Below are positions 34,359 to 45,646 of a DNA stretch of 64,000 nt, in pieces (the first letter of the stretch is position 1; every line of letters begins with the position of its first letter). This DNA comes from an uncultured Methanosarcinaceae archaeon (GTDB lineage: Archaea; Halobacteriota; Methanosarcinia; Methanosarcinales; Methanosarcinaceae), in the NCBI GenBank assembly GCA_963847185.1, contig CAWJYV010000010.1, positions 64,001-128,000 on the forward strand, in the 5' to 3' direction. Both the position numbers and the translations under genes were made by a program. Below the pieces are notes generated by a model that was not told the origin of the DNA, did not search any database, and saw only the letters and a program-made list of their open reading frames with translations.

Positions 34359-34736
34359 AAGCAAACAATGAATAGACACACTATAATACTGTATTCATTT
34401 TTTTTAATTGTTGCCTCAGAAATACTTTCCGCATTAGAATTTAAAGATGTTAGAAAACATTTGAAGAAGGCTTTTTGAATCGCTTTCTAGCCTCTGGTTT
34501 TAACTTCCCTATGCAAATATACGCTTTAAAACTATATACAATTGTTGATTTTAATCAAAAATAATTGAATAATCACAATGTGGATAATAAATAAAAGAAA
34601 AATTAAGTCCGGTGAAGGGAGAAAGCTGTATTAAAAATTATTTAAATTTAAAATGAAGTGAAACAAAGAACTTTATTGATCAAGAATCAATAATACATAA
34701 GAAGGGTAAAAAGACCACTCAGAAGGATTCGAAAAA

Positions 34737-35492
34737 ATGCTTAAGCAAAGATTTGTACTGGATACGACAGCATTAACGGACCTTCAGACGCGTGAGGTCA
34801 TGGGATATACATCCCTTTGCGAGGGGATGAAGGCTATTCTTGACCTTATAGCTGATGCTCGCCTGCAGTTCGGGATAAGCTGTTACGTACCCTATCCCTC
34901 AGTTTACAAGGAAATGTATGAGTTTGCAAGCCGCAACGGCTGTGATAGAGAAGTTATAGCCAAGATAGATACCTGGCTTGTAAAGAAATCTCCTGACCGT
35001 TACAGAGTATACGTAACTTCTCAGATCTTTCAGGAATATGTAAGTTATATGAGGGAGAGGATCAATCGGGGTATGGGAGTTGCAGAGGATGCTATATGGG
35101 AGGCAGCCACTGAATGCCTTTTTATGGAAAATCCGCAAAACAAGAAGAAGGAGTACAGGGAAGAGGTTGAAAGAGAAGTAATTGGAGGAATTATTGGCAA
35201 ATTCCGGAACAAATATCGAGCTGCCCTGAGATATGGAATTCTTGACAGCGCTCCTGATATTGATGTCCTGATTCTTGCCAAAGAGCTTGACGCAGCAGTT
35301 GTTGCAAGTGATTATGGGATTGAAAAATGGGCAGAACAGCTTGGGGTCCGCTTTGTGCCTGCAAATACATTCCCTATGATGATAAAAGAATACCTCAAGC
35401 ATCTTCCGGAAAAAGACAGAGAAAAAGAACTAGAGACTGAGAGCGAGGATAAAAAGAAAACAGGGTCTTCGGATGAGCTAGAATTCATTTAA
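34737..35492 (+). CDS. PIN-domain RNA-free RNase P homolog (HARP; UPF0278 'RNA ligase partner')
   Basis: [37 protein letters not shown]. Confidence 0.85.
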   Translation: MLKQRFVLDTTALTDLQTREVMGYTSLCEGMKAILDLIADARLQFGISCYVPYPSVYKEMYEFASRNGCDREVIAKIDTWLVKKSPDRYRVYVTSQIFQEYVSYMRERINRGMGVAEDAIWEAATECLFMENPQNKKKEYREEVEREVIGGIIGKFRNKYRAALRYGILDSAPDIDVLILAKELDAAVVASDYGIEKWAEQLGVRFVPANTFPMMIKEYLKHLPEKDREKELETESEDKKKTGSSDELEFI

Positions 35493-35519
35493 TAAATCTG
35501 GCGGCTTTTTAACCAAAGA

Positions 35520-35573
35520 TTCTAAAACAGGACTTCTAAAATAGAACTTCTAAAATAGAGTGCTAAAATAGAG
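35520..35573. repeat. Degenerate 13-14 bp tandem repeat (TTCTAAAATAGAAC)x4
   Basis: Seen directly upstream of mat. Confidence 0.7.
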
Positions 35574-35599
35574 AATAATAATATCTGGGGGGTAAGATT

Positions 35600-36832
35600 T
35601 TGAGAAACATTGTTATCGAAGAGTTGAAAGCTTCAGAAGTTTATAACCAGAAGGTTGAAGTTGTTGAGAGAAAAGGGCTGGGACATCCGGACTATATATG
35701 TGATGCCATTATGGAGCAGGTTTCAGTAAACCTCAACCAGAAATATCTTGACACATTTGGAAACATCCTGCACTATAACGTAGACAAAGGGATGCTTATT
35801 GCAGGAGAAGTGGAAGGAAAATTCGGGGGGGGCAGGATAGTAAACCCTATGACATTGATCTTTGGAGACCGGGCAACCTTTGGAGCAAAAGGGGTTGAAA
35901 TTGATGTTCCCGGCCTTGCCGTTGACACTGCAAAGGAATGGTTTTCGGAAAATCTCCGTTTTGTAGATCCTGACAATTTTTCATATCAAGTAGAACTGAA
36001 AAGAGGTTCTGCAGAATTAACTGATATATTCACAAGAGGAGGAGAGATTCTCGGGGCAAATGATACCTCAGCAGCTGTAGGATATGCACCTCTCAGTCCT
36101 ACTGAAAGGCTTGTGTTCGAACTCGAGCGCTACCTGAATTCAAGGACGTTCAAAAAAGAGTATCCCGAATCCGGAGAGGACATAAAAGTCATGGGTCTCA
36201 GGCACAGGGAGGATATGCATCTGACAGTGGCAATGCCGCTTGTGGACAGATTTGTTGAATCTGAACAAGACTACTTTAAAAAGAAGATAGAACTGCATGA
36301 GCAGATGGAGAAATTTGCTGCCGAGTTTGCGGAAAAAGCAAGGGCTGAAATTGAGAAATGTATGTGTTTAAAACCTGCAGTCTCCATGAACACACTTGAT
36401 ATGCCGGGAAGGGGAATGCAGGGAATCTATACTACTGTTACTGGCACCTCCGCAGAAGATGCAGACTCCGGGCAAGTAGGACGTGGAAACCGCGTAAATG
36501 GAATAATCCCTTTAAATCGACCGGTTAGCAGTGAAGCCGCAGCAGGGAAAAACCCTGTAAGCCACATTGGAAAGATCTACAACCTTCTTTCCCACAGGAT
36601 TGCGGCCAGAATCTACGACCAGGTACCTGATGTCTCTGAGGTCTATGTCTGGCTTTTGAGCGAAATCGGGACTCCAATTGACCAGCCTCAGATTGCAACT
36701 GCACAGTTAATAATGAAAAAAGGGTCTTTAAAAGATGTGGAAAAAGAAGCAACCGAAGTAATAGAAAGAGAGCTTGAGAATATACAGGCCTTCACAAAGG
36801 AACTGATTGCAGGAAAGTGTCCTATTTGCTAA
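35600..36832 (+). CDS. mat: Archaeal S-adenosylmethionine synthetase
   Basis: [47 protein letters not shown]. Confidence 0.95.
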   Translation: MRNIVIEELKASEVYNQKVEVVERKGLGHPDYICDAIMEQVSVNLNQKYLDTFGNILHYNVDKGMLIAGEVEGKFGGGRIVNPMTLIFGDRATFGAKGVEIDVPGLAVDTAKEWFSENLRFVDPDNFSYQVELKRGSAELTDIFTRGGEILGANDTSAAVGYAPLSPTERLVFELERYLNSRTFKKEYPESGEDIKVMGLRHREDMHLTVAMPLVDRFVESEQDYFKKKIELHEQMEKFAAEFAEKARAEIEKCMCLKPAVSMNTLDMPGRGMQGIYTTVTGTSAEDADSGQVGRGNRVNGIIPLNRPVSSEAAAGKNPVSHIGKIYNLLSHRIAARIYDQVPDVSEVYVWLLSEIGTPIDQPQIATAQLIMKKGSLKDVEKEATEVIERELENIQAFTKELIAGKCPIC

Positions 36833-37056
36833 GGAATGATTCAAATATAATATCAAGGGGTTTTGTTGCCAAGAATGGTTATTAGGGGAAATGGAACTAT
36901 AGATCAATTCCCAAACTGAAATTTATAAGTTCTATTTTCATCATTCCTAAAGAATTAATTCCAGAAATATTTCGTTATCATGTGAACTGGAAAGAAGTTC
37001 ACCCTGGAGTTGCCTGAAAAAATTTAGAAATTGTTTGGAGAACTTAAAAATAAAGC

Positions 37057-37926
37057 TCATGCTCCTGCAATGAAAGAGAGAAGAGCAAAAAACATTGCGA
37101 TTTTAAACATCTTTGAAGATTTTGTGGGATTGTTGCGGACAAGAATCTGGTAGATGGCTGCCAAGAAACCCAGGTCTGCCAGAAGAACAATGTAAAGATA
37201 GCGCAGGCCAAGTATTGACATAAGGTAAGGAAGAGGGCTTAAAAGTACGGCAAGGAACCCGATCAACACTGCAAGATAGCTCGCTTTTTTCACCCCTATC
37301 CTGATCGGAAGAGTATCTGCCCCTTCAATTTTATCTCCTTCCATGTCTTCAATATCCTTTACAATCTCCCTGGCAGTGATAGCAAGAGCCGCAAGCAAGA
37401 AAAGCACAAAAAGAGCCCGGAGACCCCCAAACCCAAAAACAGAGGCTCCAAACAGGAAAGTAGAGCCTGTAAGGTAACCTATGCTCAAGTTTCCCAAAAG
37501 GGGAGTACCTTTGAGTGTTTTTGCATAGAAAATTAGCAAAAGGGAGTTAAAAAGGGCAATAGCCCCGCAAACTGAGTTAATTGAGAAGGCCAGAAGTGTA
37601 CCCAAGCCAAACAGGAGGCAGGAAAAATAAAGAGCTTCCTTTAATTTCACCCTTCCTGAAGGAATTGGTCTCTCAGGACGGTTGATAGAATCTATCCTGA
37701 TATCAAAATAGTCATTAATAGAATTTCCCGCACCCGAAACCAGAAATACTACCAGAAATACAAAGCTTGAATCAGGGAAAGGGAAATTTTCCGGATGATA
37801 CGAGTCGATATTCCCGGATGTAAGGATATTAAAAGCTATGAGTGTTCCTATCACGGCTGCAAAACCTGCCATCAGGCAGTTGCCGTATCTCATCAGTTCC
37901 AGGTATGTACGCACTTTTGAAGGCAT
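37057..37926 (-). CDS. Digeranylgeranylglyceryl phosphate synthase (UbiA family)
   Basis: [34 protein letters not shown]. Confidence 0.92.
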   Translation of the reverse strand: MPSKVRTYLELMRYGNCLMAGFAAVIGTLIAFNILTSGNIDSYHPENFPFPDSSFVFLVVFLVSGAGNSINDYFDIRIDSINRPERPIPSGRVKLKEALYFSCLLFGLGTLLAFSINSVCGAIALFNSLLLIFYAKTLKGTPLLGNLSIGYLTGSTFLFGASVFGFGGLRALFVLFLLAALAITAREIVKDIEDMEGDKIEGADTLPIRIGVKKASYLAVLIGFLAVLLSPLPYLMSILGLRYLYIVLLADLGFLAAIYQILVRNNPTKSSKMFKIAMFFALLSFIAGA

Positions 37927-37975
37927 CAGAAGAAAGCAGCATTATAAAGTATTAAAAGTATCGGATCTTTTCCTC

Positions 37976-38140
37976 TCGAATTGCGCCTCGCCCGAATTGC
38001 GCCTCGGGATCACAGGAAATCAGAGATTTTCTGGGAGTTGCAATGTAACCGCAACAGTACGCAGTCCTTTTCGCTGCGCTCAAGAGGACAAATTTATTGT
38101 TCAGAATCCCGAGTTTCGCTTCGGGAGCGCGAGGTCCGTT
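37976..38140. repeat. GC-rich palindromic REP-like cluster
   Basis: Direct repeat cgaattgcgcctcg x2; hairpins gtccttttcgctgcgctcaagaggac and cccgagtttcgcttcggg. Confidence 0.55.
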
Positions 38141-38469
38141 TTGAATTGAGAATTGGAACCAGAAAAATCATAGATCTTCTTTTAGCTTCGGTATGATTGC
38201 AACATATATTGTTCTTTTATCTTCAAGTCAAGAGAGTTAATTTACAGAGTTTCAACTCTTCTTCTTTTCATTGTTTTATATCTGTCTTTAAAATAATTTT
38301 AGATATATTCAAAGGACAAAGTATTAATGTCTTGGACCAAAATTTAATGAAAAAACACTCACAGTAAGTTCCTAAATTTTGTTTCCATGAATTATATTAT
38401 AGTATGTAAATAACTTATTGATACACCAGAGATTTATGTTTACAAAAGTGCTGGCGGAGGCCAATAAAA

Positions 38470-39878
38470 ATGAAAACGAATTTTTTTAGGTCTTTAATTT
38501 TTGTAATATTCATCATGCTAATAATTGTTGGAAGAGCTCCTGGGATGGCATCTGCTGCAAATGATATTGATATCGGAAGTTCTGATACAGGCACTAATGA
38601 AGTTACAGATACAGGAGATAGCTCGGGAGACGACTCGGGAAATGACTCGGGAGATGACTCAGGAGATGACTCAGGAGATGACTCAGGAGATGACTCAGGA
38701 GATGACTCAGGAGATGACTCAGGAGACGACTCGGGAAATGACTCAGGAGATGACTCAGGAGATGACTCGGGAGATGACTCAGGAGATGACTCAGGAGATG
38801 ACTCGGGAGATGACTCAGGAGATGACTCAGGAGACGACTCGGGAAATGACTCGGGAAATGACTCAGGGGATGACTCGGGAGATGACTCAGGAGATGACTC
38901 GGAGACGACTCGGGAAATGACTCGGGAAATGACTCGGGAAATGACTCAGGAGACGACTCGGGAAATGACTCAGGAGATGACTCAGGAGATGACTCAGGAG
39001 ACGACTCAAAAGATAATTCAGGGGACAGTTCAAAAGAGAACTCTGGAGACAACTCAAAAGAGAACTCTGGAGACAACTCAAAAGACAACTCAGGAGATAA
39101 CTCATCGGGAAATGGCTCTGGAGACAACTCAGGAGATAGCTTGTCGGGAAATGGCTCTGGAGACAACTCAGGAGATGATGACGATGACGACAGCATAGAA
39201 AAAGAAGCTTCCATAGAGCCAGCCAGCAATATCGCTGTCAAGGAGCTTGCCACTAGGCATGTGATTAGTGGGTATCCTGTGAGATTCGATTTTGTAGAAA
39301 ATGTCACAGATGTTACAGGTATTGGATTTGATCCAAAAAAGACTTTCAGGAAAACGACAACAATTGTAGAGATGCTTAAAGGAAACTCTACTCTTGTTTC
39401 AACAATTCCTCCAGGCAAAGTATATAAATACTTGAATATCTGGGTGGGAGAAAAAGGAGCAGGACTTCCCACTTCCCTTAAAAATGGATATGTGGAGTTC
39501 AAAGTTGAAAAAACATGGATTAAAAAGAATAATGTAAGTGAGTCTCAGATAACTCTTCAATGGAACGATAAAAGTTGGGAACCCCTTTACACGGAGAAAG
39601 TAGGAGAAGATGAGAGTTATGTCTACTTTAAGTCAAAAGTTACAGGTTTTTCCTTCTTTGCAATAACAGAATACGCTGATGGAAAAGTTCAGTCCGAAGG
39701 AGTACATGAGACTCTGATAAAACTGAAAAGTGAAGGAGAGTTAGCTCTGAGCGCAAATGCGGAAAAAGGGAGTAGCATAATAAAGGATCCAAAAGGAAAA
39801 GCTAAAATACTTATGGCAGTTTCCCTTCCGCTGTTTATGATTGGTGTAGGATACAGTGTATGGAAGAAAAAGATCTGA
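38470..39878 (+). CDS. Secreted PGF-pre-PGF domain protein with (GDDS)n repeats; 1-bp deletion at about 38900
   Basis: Signal peptide, 12-bp repeats, KTTTIVEMLK...YLNIWVG...GFSFFAIT, C-terminal TM helix. Confidence 0.8.
38626..39008 (+). repeat. About 32 tandem 12-bp units (GGAGATGACTCA/G) encoding GDDS
   Basis: Seen directly; degenerate units continue to about 39190. Confidence 0.95.
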
Positions 39879-40016
39879 AAAATATTATCATCTAATGGAA
39901 AACAAGTGAGAATATTCTCACTTAATCCACTTTATTAACTGATTTAATTAACTTATATTAAGAGGGACTTAACAGAAAAAGAAAAGAATAAAAGGTTCAA
40001 ATGCTTGTTTAAATGC

Positions 40017-40931
40017 TTATCTTAATTTTACTGCAAGCATTCTGTCAAGCGCCTCTTTTGCCCTGATTCTGATACCTTCAGGAACAGTTACTATCTGCTG
40101 CATCTTTTCAAGGGAAGCCAGGACTTTTTCAAGATTAACCATTTTCATGCTCGGACAGCAGGCAAATTCAGAGATGCAGTAGTATTTCTTTTCCGGAGCT
40201 GCTTTCAAAAGCCCGTGGATAAGTCCGCATTCCGTACCTATAATGAATTCCTGTGCAGGAGAATTTTTTGCGTACATTATCATTCCTCTAGTGCTTGCGA
40301 TGTGGTCTGCTAGTTCCAGAACTTCGGGGCGGCACTCAGGATGGGCAATAAATCTGGCATCAGGATGCTTTTCCTTCATTTTCAGGACATCTTCTTTCAG
40401 AATTTGATGGTGCGTAGGGCAATGACCTTCCCAGGGGATAATTTTTTTGTCAGTTCGAGCTGCGACATAAGCAGCCAGGTTTTTGTCAGGCACAAAGATA
40501 ATCTCATCTGCATCCAGAGAATTTACTACTTGCACTGCATTCGCAGACGTGCAGCATATATAAGACTCTGCTTTGATAACTGCCGAGCTGTTAACATAGG
40601 AAACAACCAGAGCATCGGGATGCTTTTCTTTTTCTTTTTTAAGGCCACCTACATCTACCATGTCAGCCATAGGGCAGGTAGCATCAATTTCAGGCAGGAG
40701 GACGGTTTTATTTGGACTGATAATTGCCGCACTTTCTCCCATAAAATGGACTCCGCAAAAAACAATAACATCCGCACTCTGGCGGACAGCCTCTTGACTC
40801 AGACCTAAGGAGTCTCCTACAAAATCTGCAATGTCCTGAACTTCAGGACGGGAATAGTAATGAGCAAGAATAACTGCATTTCGCCTTAACTTCAATTCTT
40901 TGATCCTTTCTATAAGCTCTGCTTGCTGCAT
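40017..40931 (-). CDS. nadA: Quinolinate synthase A
   Basis: [39 protein letters not shown]. Confidence 0.95.
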   Translation of the reverse strand: MQQAELIERIKELKLRRNAVILAHYYSRPEVQDIADFVGDSLGLSQEAVRQSADVIVFCGVHFMGESAAIISPNKTVLLPEIDATCPMADMVDVGGLKKEKEKHPDALVVSYVNSSAVIKAESYICCTSANAVQVVNSLDADEIIFVPDKNLAAYVAARTDKKIIPWEGHCPTHHQILKEDVLKMKEKHPDARFIAHPECRPEVLELADHIASTRGMIMYAKNSPAQEFIIGTECGLIHGLLKAAPEKKYYCISEFACCPSMKMVNLEKVLASLEKMQQIVTVPEGIRIRAKEALDRMLAVKLR

Positions 40932-41263
40932 GGGACCACCATAAACGTGTTTAAGGAAGACCTGAATGAGATTATCATGAGGTCAGAATCAAAATAACCT
41001 GATATTTATTATATATTGCTTTGTGTGTTTTTCCGTAGAGACATTTTTATAAGCACATTGATAAGAAACGTACCAATGTAAACAGCTACAGGCTCTTTGT
41101 ACACATACTATTGTCTAGAGAACGTACCTGTTAACTCATCCGCACTATATATTGTTTGTGAACCCCGAAGCTTTGTCAGCAGAATTTCACTTAATTCTTA
41201 GCAAATTACTTTGATTTTGCTGTAATTGCTACTTTTGAAAGAAAAAGACACAAAATATTCCTT

Positions 41264-41622
41264 GAGGTGATCCCAAAACTCAAAATTGCATCACTAAATC
41301 TAGTGCTTCGATTCCAAAATAAATTCCTTATTTAATAGGAAATTCGTGATTAATGGGTAGATTCAAAAGTCAGGTTTTATGAACATACTTCGGAATCGCA
41401 GTACTAGTATTCCAAATTATAAATATATAGGACTTACGCGGTTGAACTGAATAATCAACAGCCTCAAACCTTCAACTGTCTAAAACATTGATTTATTAGT
41501 GATGTCTATGATACTGATTTTGAACCTCAAGTGCGTAAGTCTTAAATATAGTTTCTGATTGTGAAAAAACAGTTCTGAAAATTTTGCAGACTTGCGGATT
41601 GAAATGGTTTTGGGATGAGCTC
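41264..41622 (+). mobile_element. MITE family B carrying a nested family C MITE
   Basis: TIRs gaggtgatcccaaaac / gttttgggatgagctc. Confidence 0.7.
41428..41544 (+). mobile_element. MITE family C (117 bp), flanked by an AATATA direct repeat
   Basis: TIRs taggacttacgc / gcgtaagtctta; second partial copy at 19453. Confidence 0.8.
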
Positions 41623-41632
41623 ATGGATAATA

Positions 41633-41992
41633 TTATTCACTGATCCAAGTCTTTGCTTTATCAAATTCATTATTACTGAAAACTCTCACCTGAACAGGAA
41701 TAATGAATTTAAACACATTGACAGAATCATTTATCCAGTGAACATCAGAAACAACCGCAACCTTCTCGAATGAAAATGTATGCCATGATACCTTTGCATC
41801 TTCTAGGTAAGCATCGAGTGCATAATGCATAAAATCTTTGTTCAATTGATAAAGCATGCGAATCTTCTTGTACCTTTGCAGTTTGTCTTTCATTGCAGGA
41901 ATTAGTACAGTGTCGTAGTCTTCTCCTGTTATCGTTCCACTCCCAATAATACCAAGAACATTGTCTGGCAACCCTTGCATAAGTTCCATCAT
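41633..41992 (-). CDS. SpoIIAA-like (STAS/SEC14) protein
   Basis: LPDNVLGI...GTITGEDY...FEKVAVVSD...AKTWI. Confidence 0.8.
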   Translation of the reverse strand: MMELMQGLPDNVLGIIGSGTITGEDYDTVLIPAMKDKLQRYKKIRMLYQLNKDFMHYALDAYLEDAKVSWHTFSFEKVAVVSDVHWINDSVNVFKFIIPVQVRVFSNNEFDKAKTWISE

Positions 41993-42009
41993 AATATTTC
42001 CCTCCAAAA

Positions 42010-42208
42010 GACACAATGCCAAAATCTAGTGATGAGATTAAAATTAAAAATCACTAGATTTCGAAAATGGTCACAATTCTTTGAATGCTACCTATTAATT
42101 GATGCCGATAAATCTCGAATATTGAGTTTACTTGAAAACTCAATTCATTTTGGAAATTCAATATTTCAATCAGAAAATGCAAAAATCACTAGATTTTGGA
42201 ACTGAGTC
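42010..42208. mobile_element. MITE family D (199 bp, 24-bp TIR, CTCCAAA target duplication)
   Basis: gacacaatgccaaaatctagtgat / atcactagattttggaactgagtc; ctccaaa on both flanks. Confidence 0.75.
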
Positions 42209-42327
42209 CTCCAAAGCTAGAAATTATTCTAATAATATCCACAGGCAAATGAAAGTACTTTTCTCCTTACTTTTTTTGACTGTTGATGTCATCATTACCA
42301 TAGGCAGGAATTTTTTCAATAACACAT

Positions 42328-42520
42328 GTATGAAGCTAAGAAATAAGCGTAGCTTCTTGTAACCCTCTACATACCTAACACGCACATATACCTAGAAGCC
42401 ATGTACAAAGGCCAAGGATATCGCTTGGGATAAGGACAGGTAGTCCGGCTCAGGATAGTGCGGAAACTATTAGTGTGAGAGCCGGATCTTTGCCGAGGCT
42501 TAGAAACGATTATATCCCGA
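42328..42520 (+). ncRNA. Candidate structured sRNA, copy E1
   Basis: Core ctagaagccatgtacaaaggccaaggatatcgc shared with 45792; nested stems tccggctc/gagccgga, atagt/actat, ttgggat/atcccga. Confidence 0.55.
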
Positions 42521-42584
42521 AAACAAGTAAATATTTAAATACAAGTTAAGAAATTTTAGCTTCCCTGCTCATCATTATTCAGAC

Positions 42585-42875
42585 TTAATCTATCATCTGA
42601 TTGATTTTATTGTAAAAATCTATTATCACATTTGTTGCCTCATTTTCCATGTTCAGCTGGAAAGTTCGGAGTTGCTTTCCCAAGAGTTTTTCTCGGACAA
42701 CGCCTGATGCTATCAAAGGGGTGACAACTCTTGATACACTGGCGTGAGACAATCCAGTTTCTTCAGCTATTCCTGAAAGGTAAGTTGGCTCGTTCTGTTT
42801 TTCGATCAAGTTCTTGAGGACTGTCATCTGTGCAGTTTTTCCGAAGATTTTCTCCATTGGATCCATTGATATCAT
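42585..42875 (-). CDS. Small winged-HTH (ArsR-like) transcription regulator
   Basis: YLSGIAEETGLSHASVSRVV HTH. Confidence 0.85.
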   Translation of the reverse strand: MISMDPMEKIFGKTAQMTVLKNLIEKQNEPTYLSGIAEETGLSHASVSRVVTPLIASGVVREKLLGKQLRTFQLNMENEATNVIIDFYNKINQMID

Positions 42876-43146
42876 CTCAGAGGTGGCTATTCTCTATAAG
42901 AGCGTGCCTTAAAATTAAATTTGAATCTATAATTGGGATAGGTCTTATTCATTTGAACTGAAAAAGAATAGCATTAAACAATCAAATGCCTAAAATACAA
43001 ATATAAACCATGATATTACTATGTTTTATAGATGGTATTTTTGCGGCGCTGAAAGAAGCGCCGCTAACTATACCCTGAATAGTTAGTGCATTTTTCGGGT
43101 TGGAAAATTTTCCCTTGAATTTGAAGAAGATATAATTTTTGCGGCT

Positions 43147-43227
43147 TTACCAGCATTGGATGTATCTGAACCATGTCATGGTATAATTCCAGCTACTTAT
43201 ACACAAGTATTCATACAATATATACAT
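43147..43227 (-). CDS. 26-aa small ORF MYILYEYLCISSWNYTMTWFRYIQCW
   Basis: GGAGG RBS 8 nt before ATG; GC hairpin gcggcgct/agcgccgc downstream at about 43043. Confidence 0.35.
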   Translation of the reverse strand: MYILYEYLCISSWNYTMTWFRYIQCW

Positions 43228-43954
43228 TGAAATTTCCTCCACTCTTTTAACGTATTTTGTTCATGCTCATCTTTGTAGATATTTTAAAAGAAGATGGATT
43301 ATTTTGAAGTCGTGTGTACTATTCCTCTTTGTTAAACTCTTAATCAAACCTCCTATTTTGTACTAACTATGGTTATTTTACGGAAATATTTTTAACAATT
43401 ATCTCTCCTGAGTATACTCATTTTCATCTTGAGGTAAATATATCTCAAATTTCGTGGAAAATAAGTATATGTGATTATATAATCTAAAGTTATATAAGTA
43501 AAATAGAATACATTCTCCTTAATAATAATCATTTGATATAATTTTTGGAATTTTTTACTTTATTGTCTCTTATAATGGGTACTTTTAACTAATAGGGAAT
43601 TATTTAATCAATATTAACTTTATTGTGGAAAAAATAGGTCTAATTGATAGTTGATGAAAAAAGAAAAAACGTAATCAGTAATTGATAATTTACGAAAATA
43701 ATTCAGAAACATTTGTCCATTGTATCTTAACTTTATATCGTCAAATTAACTCATTTTTGCAGATATCGCAACCCATTTCCACCTAAAAAACCGGATCTTG
43801 AGTATTAGACCCTTCATAAGAAATAATACATTTTTAATATTTTATGTCTTAACCGAATCCAAATGAGTACATACTATACATACATTTATCGTTATTGGGT
43901 ATTATACACACCTGATAAAGCTAATAAAAGTATATAAAAAATGATGGTGGAAGT

Positions 43955-44830
43955 ATGGAACTCACTTCGATTCAAAAAGATATCATTATTGCGTTAATCA
44001 ACTTGCAGAGGCAAAAAGACAGATCAATTAAGGGGGAAGAAATTGCCGAGGTTATCCAACGCAATCCTGGAACTGTTCGCAATCAGATGCAATTGTTAAA
44101 AGCTCTGGGTTTAGTGGAAGGGGTCCCGGGACCAAAAGGAGGATACAAACCCACAGGAGCTGCGTATGACACTTTGCGCATCCAGCAACTTAACAATGAA
44201 TCAGCGGTTCCAATTTATAAAAATGATCTCGTAGTTAATGGTGCTACAGCTGCCGAAATAAGCTTTACGACAGTAAGAAATCCAGAAGCCTGCAATGGAG
44301 TCATCCGCGTACTAGGAAACACAAAGGACTTTTTGATGGGCGATAAAATTCAGATTGGTCCGACTCCTGTGAATCGCCTGATAATCCGAGGAGAAGTTAT
44401 AGGAAGGGATGATACCAGTAATTCTATTCTCTTCAATATTACCGAAATGATATCTCTCCCTAAAAAACACGTTAAACACTATATGAAATATCCTCCTTTG
44501 CTTGTGAACCTGAATGCCAGTATTCAGGAAGCAACGAGACTTTTTATAAGAAACAATGTTCATGGTGCTCCTGTTGATAACAATGGAAAAATAGTAGGGA
44601 TAGTTACTTACACAGATATCGCCAACGCCATTGCCCAAGGAAAACCGAATGTAAAAGTAAAAGATATCATGACGAAAGAACTTATTACCGTTGATGGGGA
44701 CATGCAACTCTACGACGTAGTAAAGCTCTTCCATAAATATAGTATAGAAAGGCTTATTGTAACAATCAACGGCGTACCTAAAGGAACTCTGTCAAAGACC
44801 GAAGTCCTGAATGAACTTGCAATTTACTGA
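43955..44830 (+). CDS. HTH plus tandem CBS-domain transcription regulator
   Basis: KGEEIAEVIQRNPGTVRNQM...GVPGPKGGY; C-terminal CBS pair. Confidence 0.88.
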   Translation: MELTSIQKDIIIALINLQRQKDRSIKGEEIAEVIQRNPGTVRNQMQLLKALGLVEGVPGPKGGYKPTGAAYDTLRIQQLNNESAVPIYKNDLVVNGATAAEISFTTVRNPEACNGVIRVLGNTKDFLMGDKIQIGPTPVNRLIIRGEVIGRDDTSNSILFNITEMISLPKKHVKHYMKYPPLLVNLNASIQEATRLFIRNNVHGAPVDNNGKIVGIVTYTDIANAIAQGKPNVKVKDIMTKELITVDGDMQLYDVVKLFHKYSIERLIVTINGVPKGTLSKTEVLNELAIY

Positions 44831-44839
44831 GATTAAGAT

Positions 44840-45050
44840 TGTGGTCGCATCTATCATTTAAGGCGTATACCAGTTATATTTCTCAACATAAGCCCATCTA
44901 GAATCTAATCAAAAAAGCCGAAGCTATCGGATAAGGAAAGTTATTAAGGACACCAAGCATGAAGGCCTTGCCTGTCGAAGGACCAGCTGCACATCAGGGA
45001 TGAGCAGATAGAAAAGTCTTAGATGGGAATATGATAAACAGGCGGTCCAT
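44840..45050 (+). ncRNA. Candidate structured sRNA, copy E2
   Basis: Degenerate core ctagaatc...aagccgaagctatcggataagga; stem cccatcta/tagatggg; 5' part homologous to E4. Confidence 0.45.
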
Positions 45051-45076
45051 ATTAAATGTTTTTTCCATAATGGGTA

Positions 45077-45182
45077 ATGGGCATGAGTTATTGAAAAACA
45101 TAAGCATAAGAATCTCTCTGCATTTCCTCAAATTCGGGAGATGTACTCGCTTTTTCGGAATTGATCAATAACTCACGGACAC
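45077..45182 (-). mobile_element. MITE family A
   Basis: Collinear with 23531-23637. Confidence 0.8.
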
Positions 45183-45247
45183 GGACCCCATAATGGTGAT
45201 CCTGAAAAGGATTGTCAGCATCGTGGAGTTAACCTGTTTGAAATCCT

Positions 45248-45646
45248 TCACTTTGAGTGATTGAGAGAGGCTTGTCTGCTCATCACTTTCAGCTTCTTGA
45301 TAGCAGAGATGGTTGCCTGAGATTCTTTGTAAATCTTGTCTTCGTAATAGCTTATGATTTCGTCAACTGGAGCCGCAAGAGAATAAATCTTCATCGGCCG
45401 CCCTTTTCCAGGCTTTTTTTCCGAGCGTACACTGATCCAGGATTGGTTGTGCATTAACCTTATTGCAATACTTACTTCGGGCTGCCTTAATCCGGTGCTG
45501 ATTTCAATTTCACGGGATGAAGCTTCGTCTACATTCATAAGATATGCCATGGTTGTAGCGACATTTCTTGACATGCTGAGATTCCTTAACGTTTCAATAA
45601 AAGTATAGTCTTCTTCATCCAATATTTTTACTTCCAAGTTTTTTAT
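45248..45646 (-). CDS. ArsR/MarR-type winged-HTH regulator (probable ATA start at 45646)
   Basis: SSREIEISTGLRQPEVSIA...GKGRPMKIY; GAGGGG RBS. Confidence 0.85.
   Translation of the reverse strand: MKNLEVKILDEEDYTFIETLRNLSMSRNVATTMAYLMNVDEASSREIEISTGLRQPEVSIAIRLMHNQSWISVRSEKKPGKGRPMKIYSLAAPVDEIISYYEDKIYKESQATISAIKKLKVMSRQASLNHSK

Noticed and set aside
38626-39008. Possible CRISPR array
   Set aside because: Contiguous 12-bp coding repeats with no unique spacers; no cas genes in the window
38525-39502. ORFs with EMTQ / HLLS / SPES repeats
   Set aside because: Alternative frames or antisense readings of the GDDS minisatellite
42440-42500. Group II intron domain V (gagccggat...)
   Set aside because: No proper domain V/VI geometry and no RT gene; explained by the E1 hairpin
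44980-45010. Hammerhead ribozyme core
   Set aside because: Minus strand reads CUGAUGU rather than CUGAUGA, and there is no suitably placed GAAA
45163-45182. Apparent 20-bp sRNA seed complementary to the GT4 operon leader (23531-23550)
   Set aside because: Both sites are termini of the same ~107-bp dispersed element, so the complementarity reflects shared repeat origin
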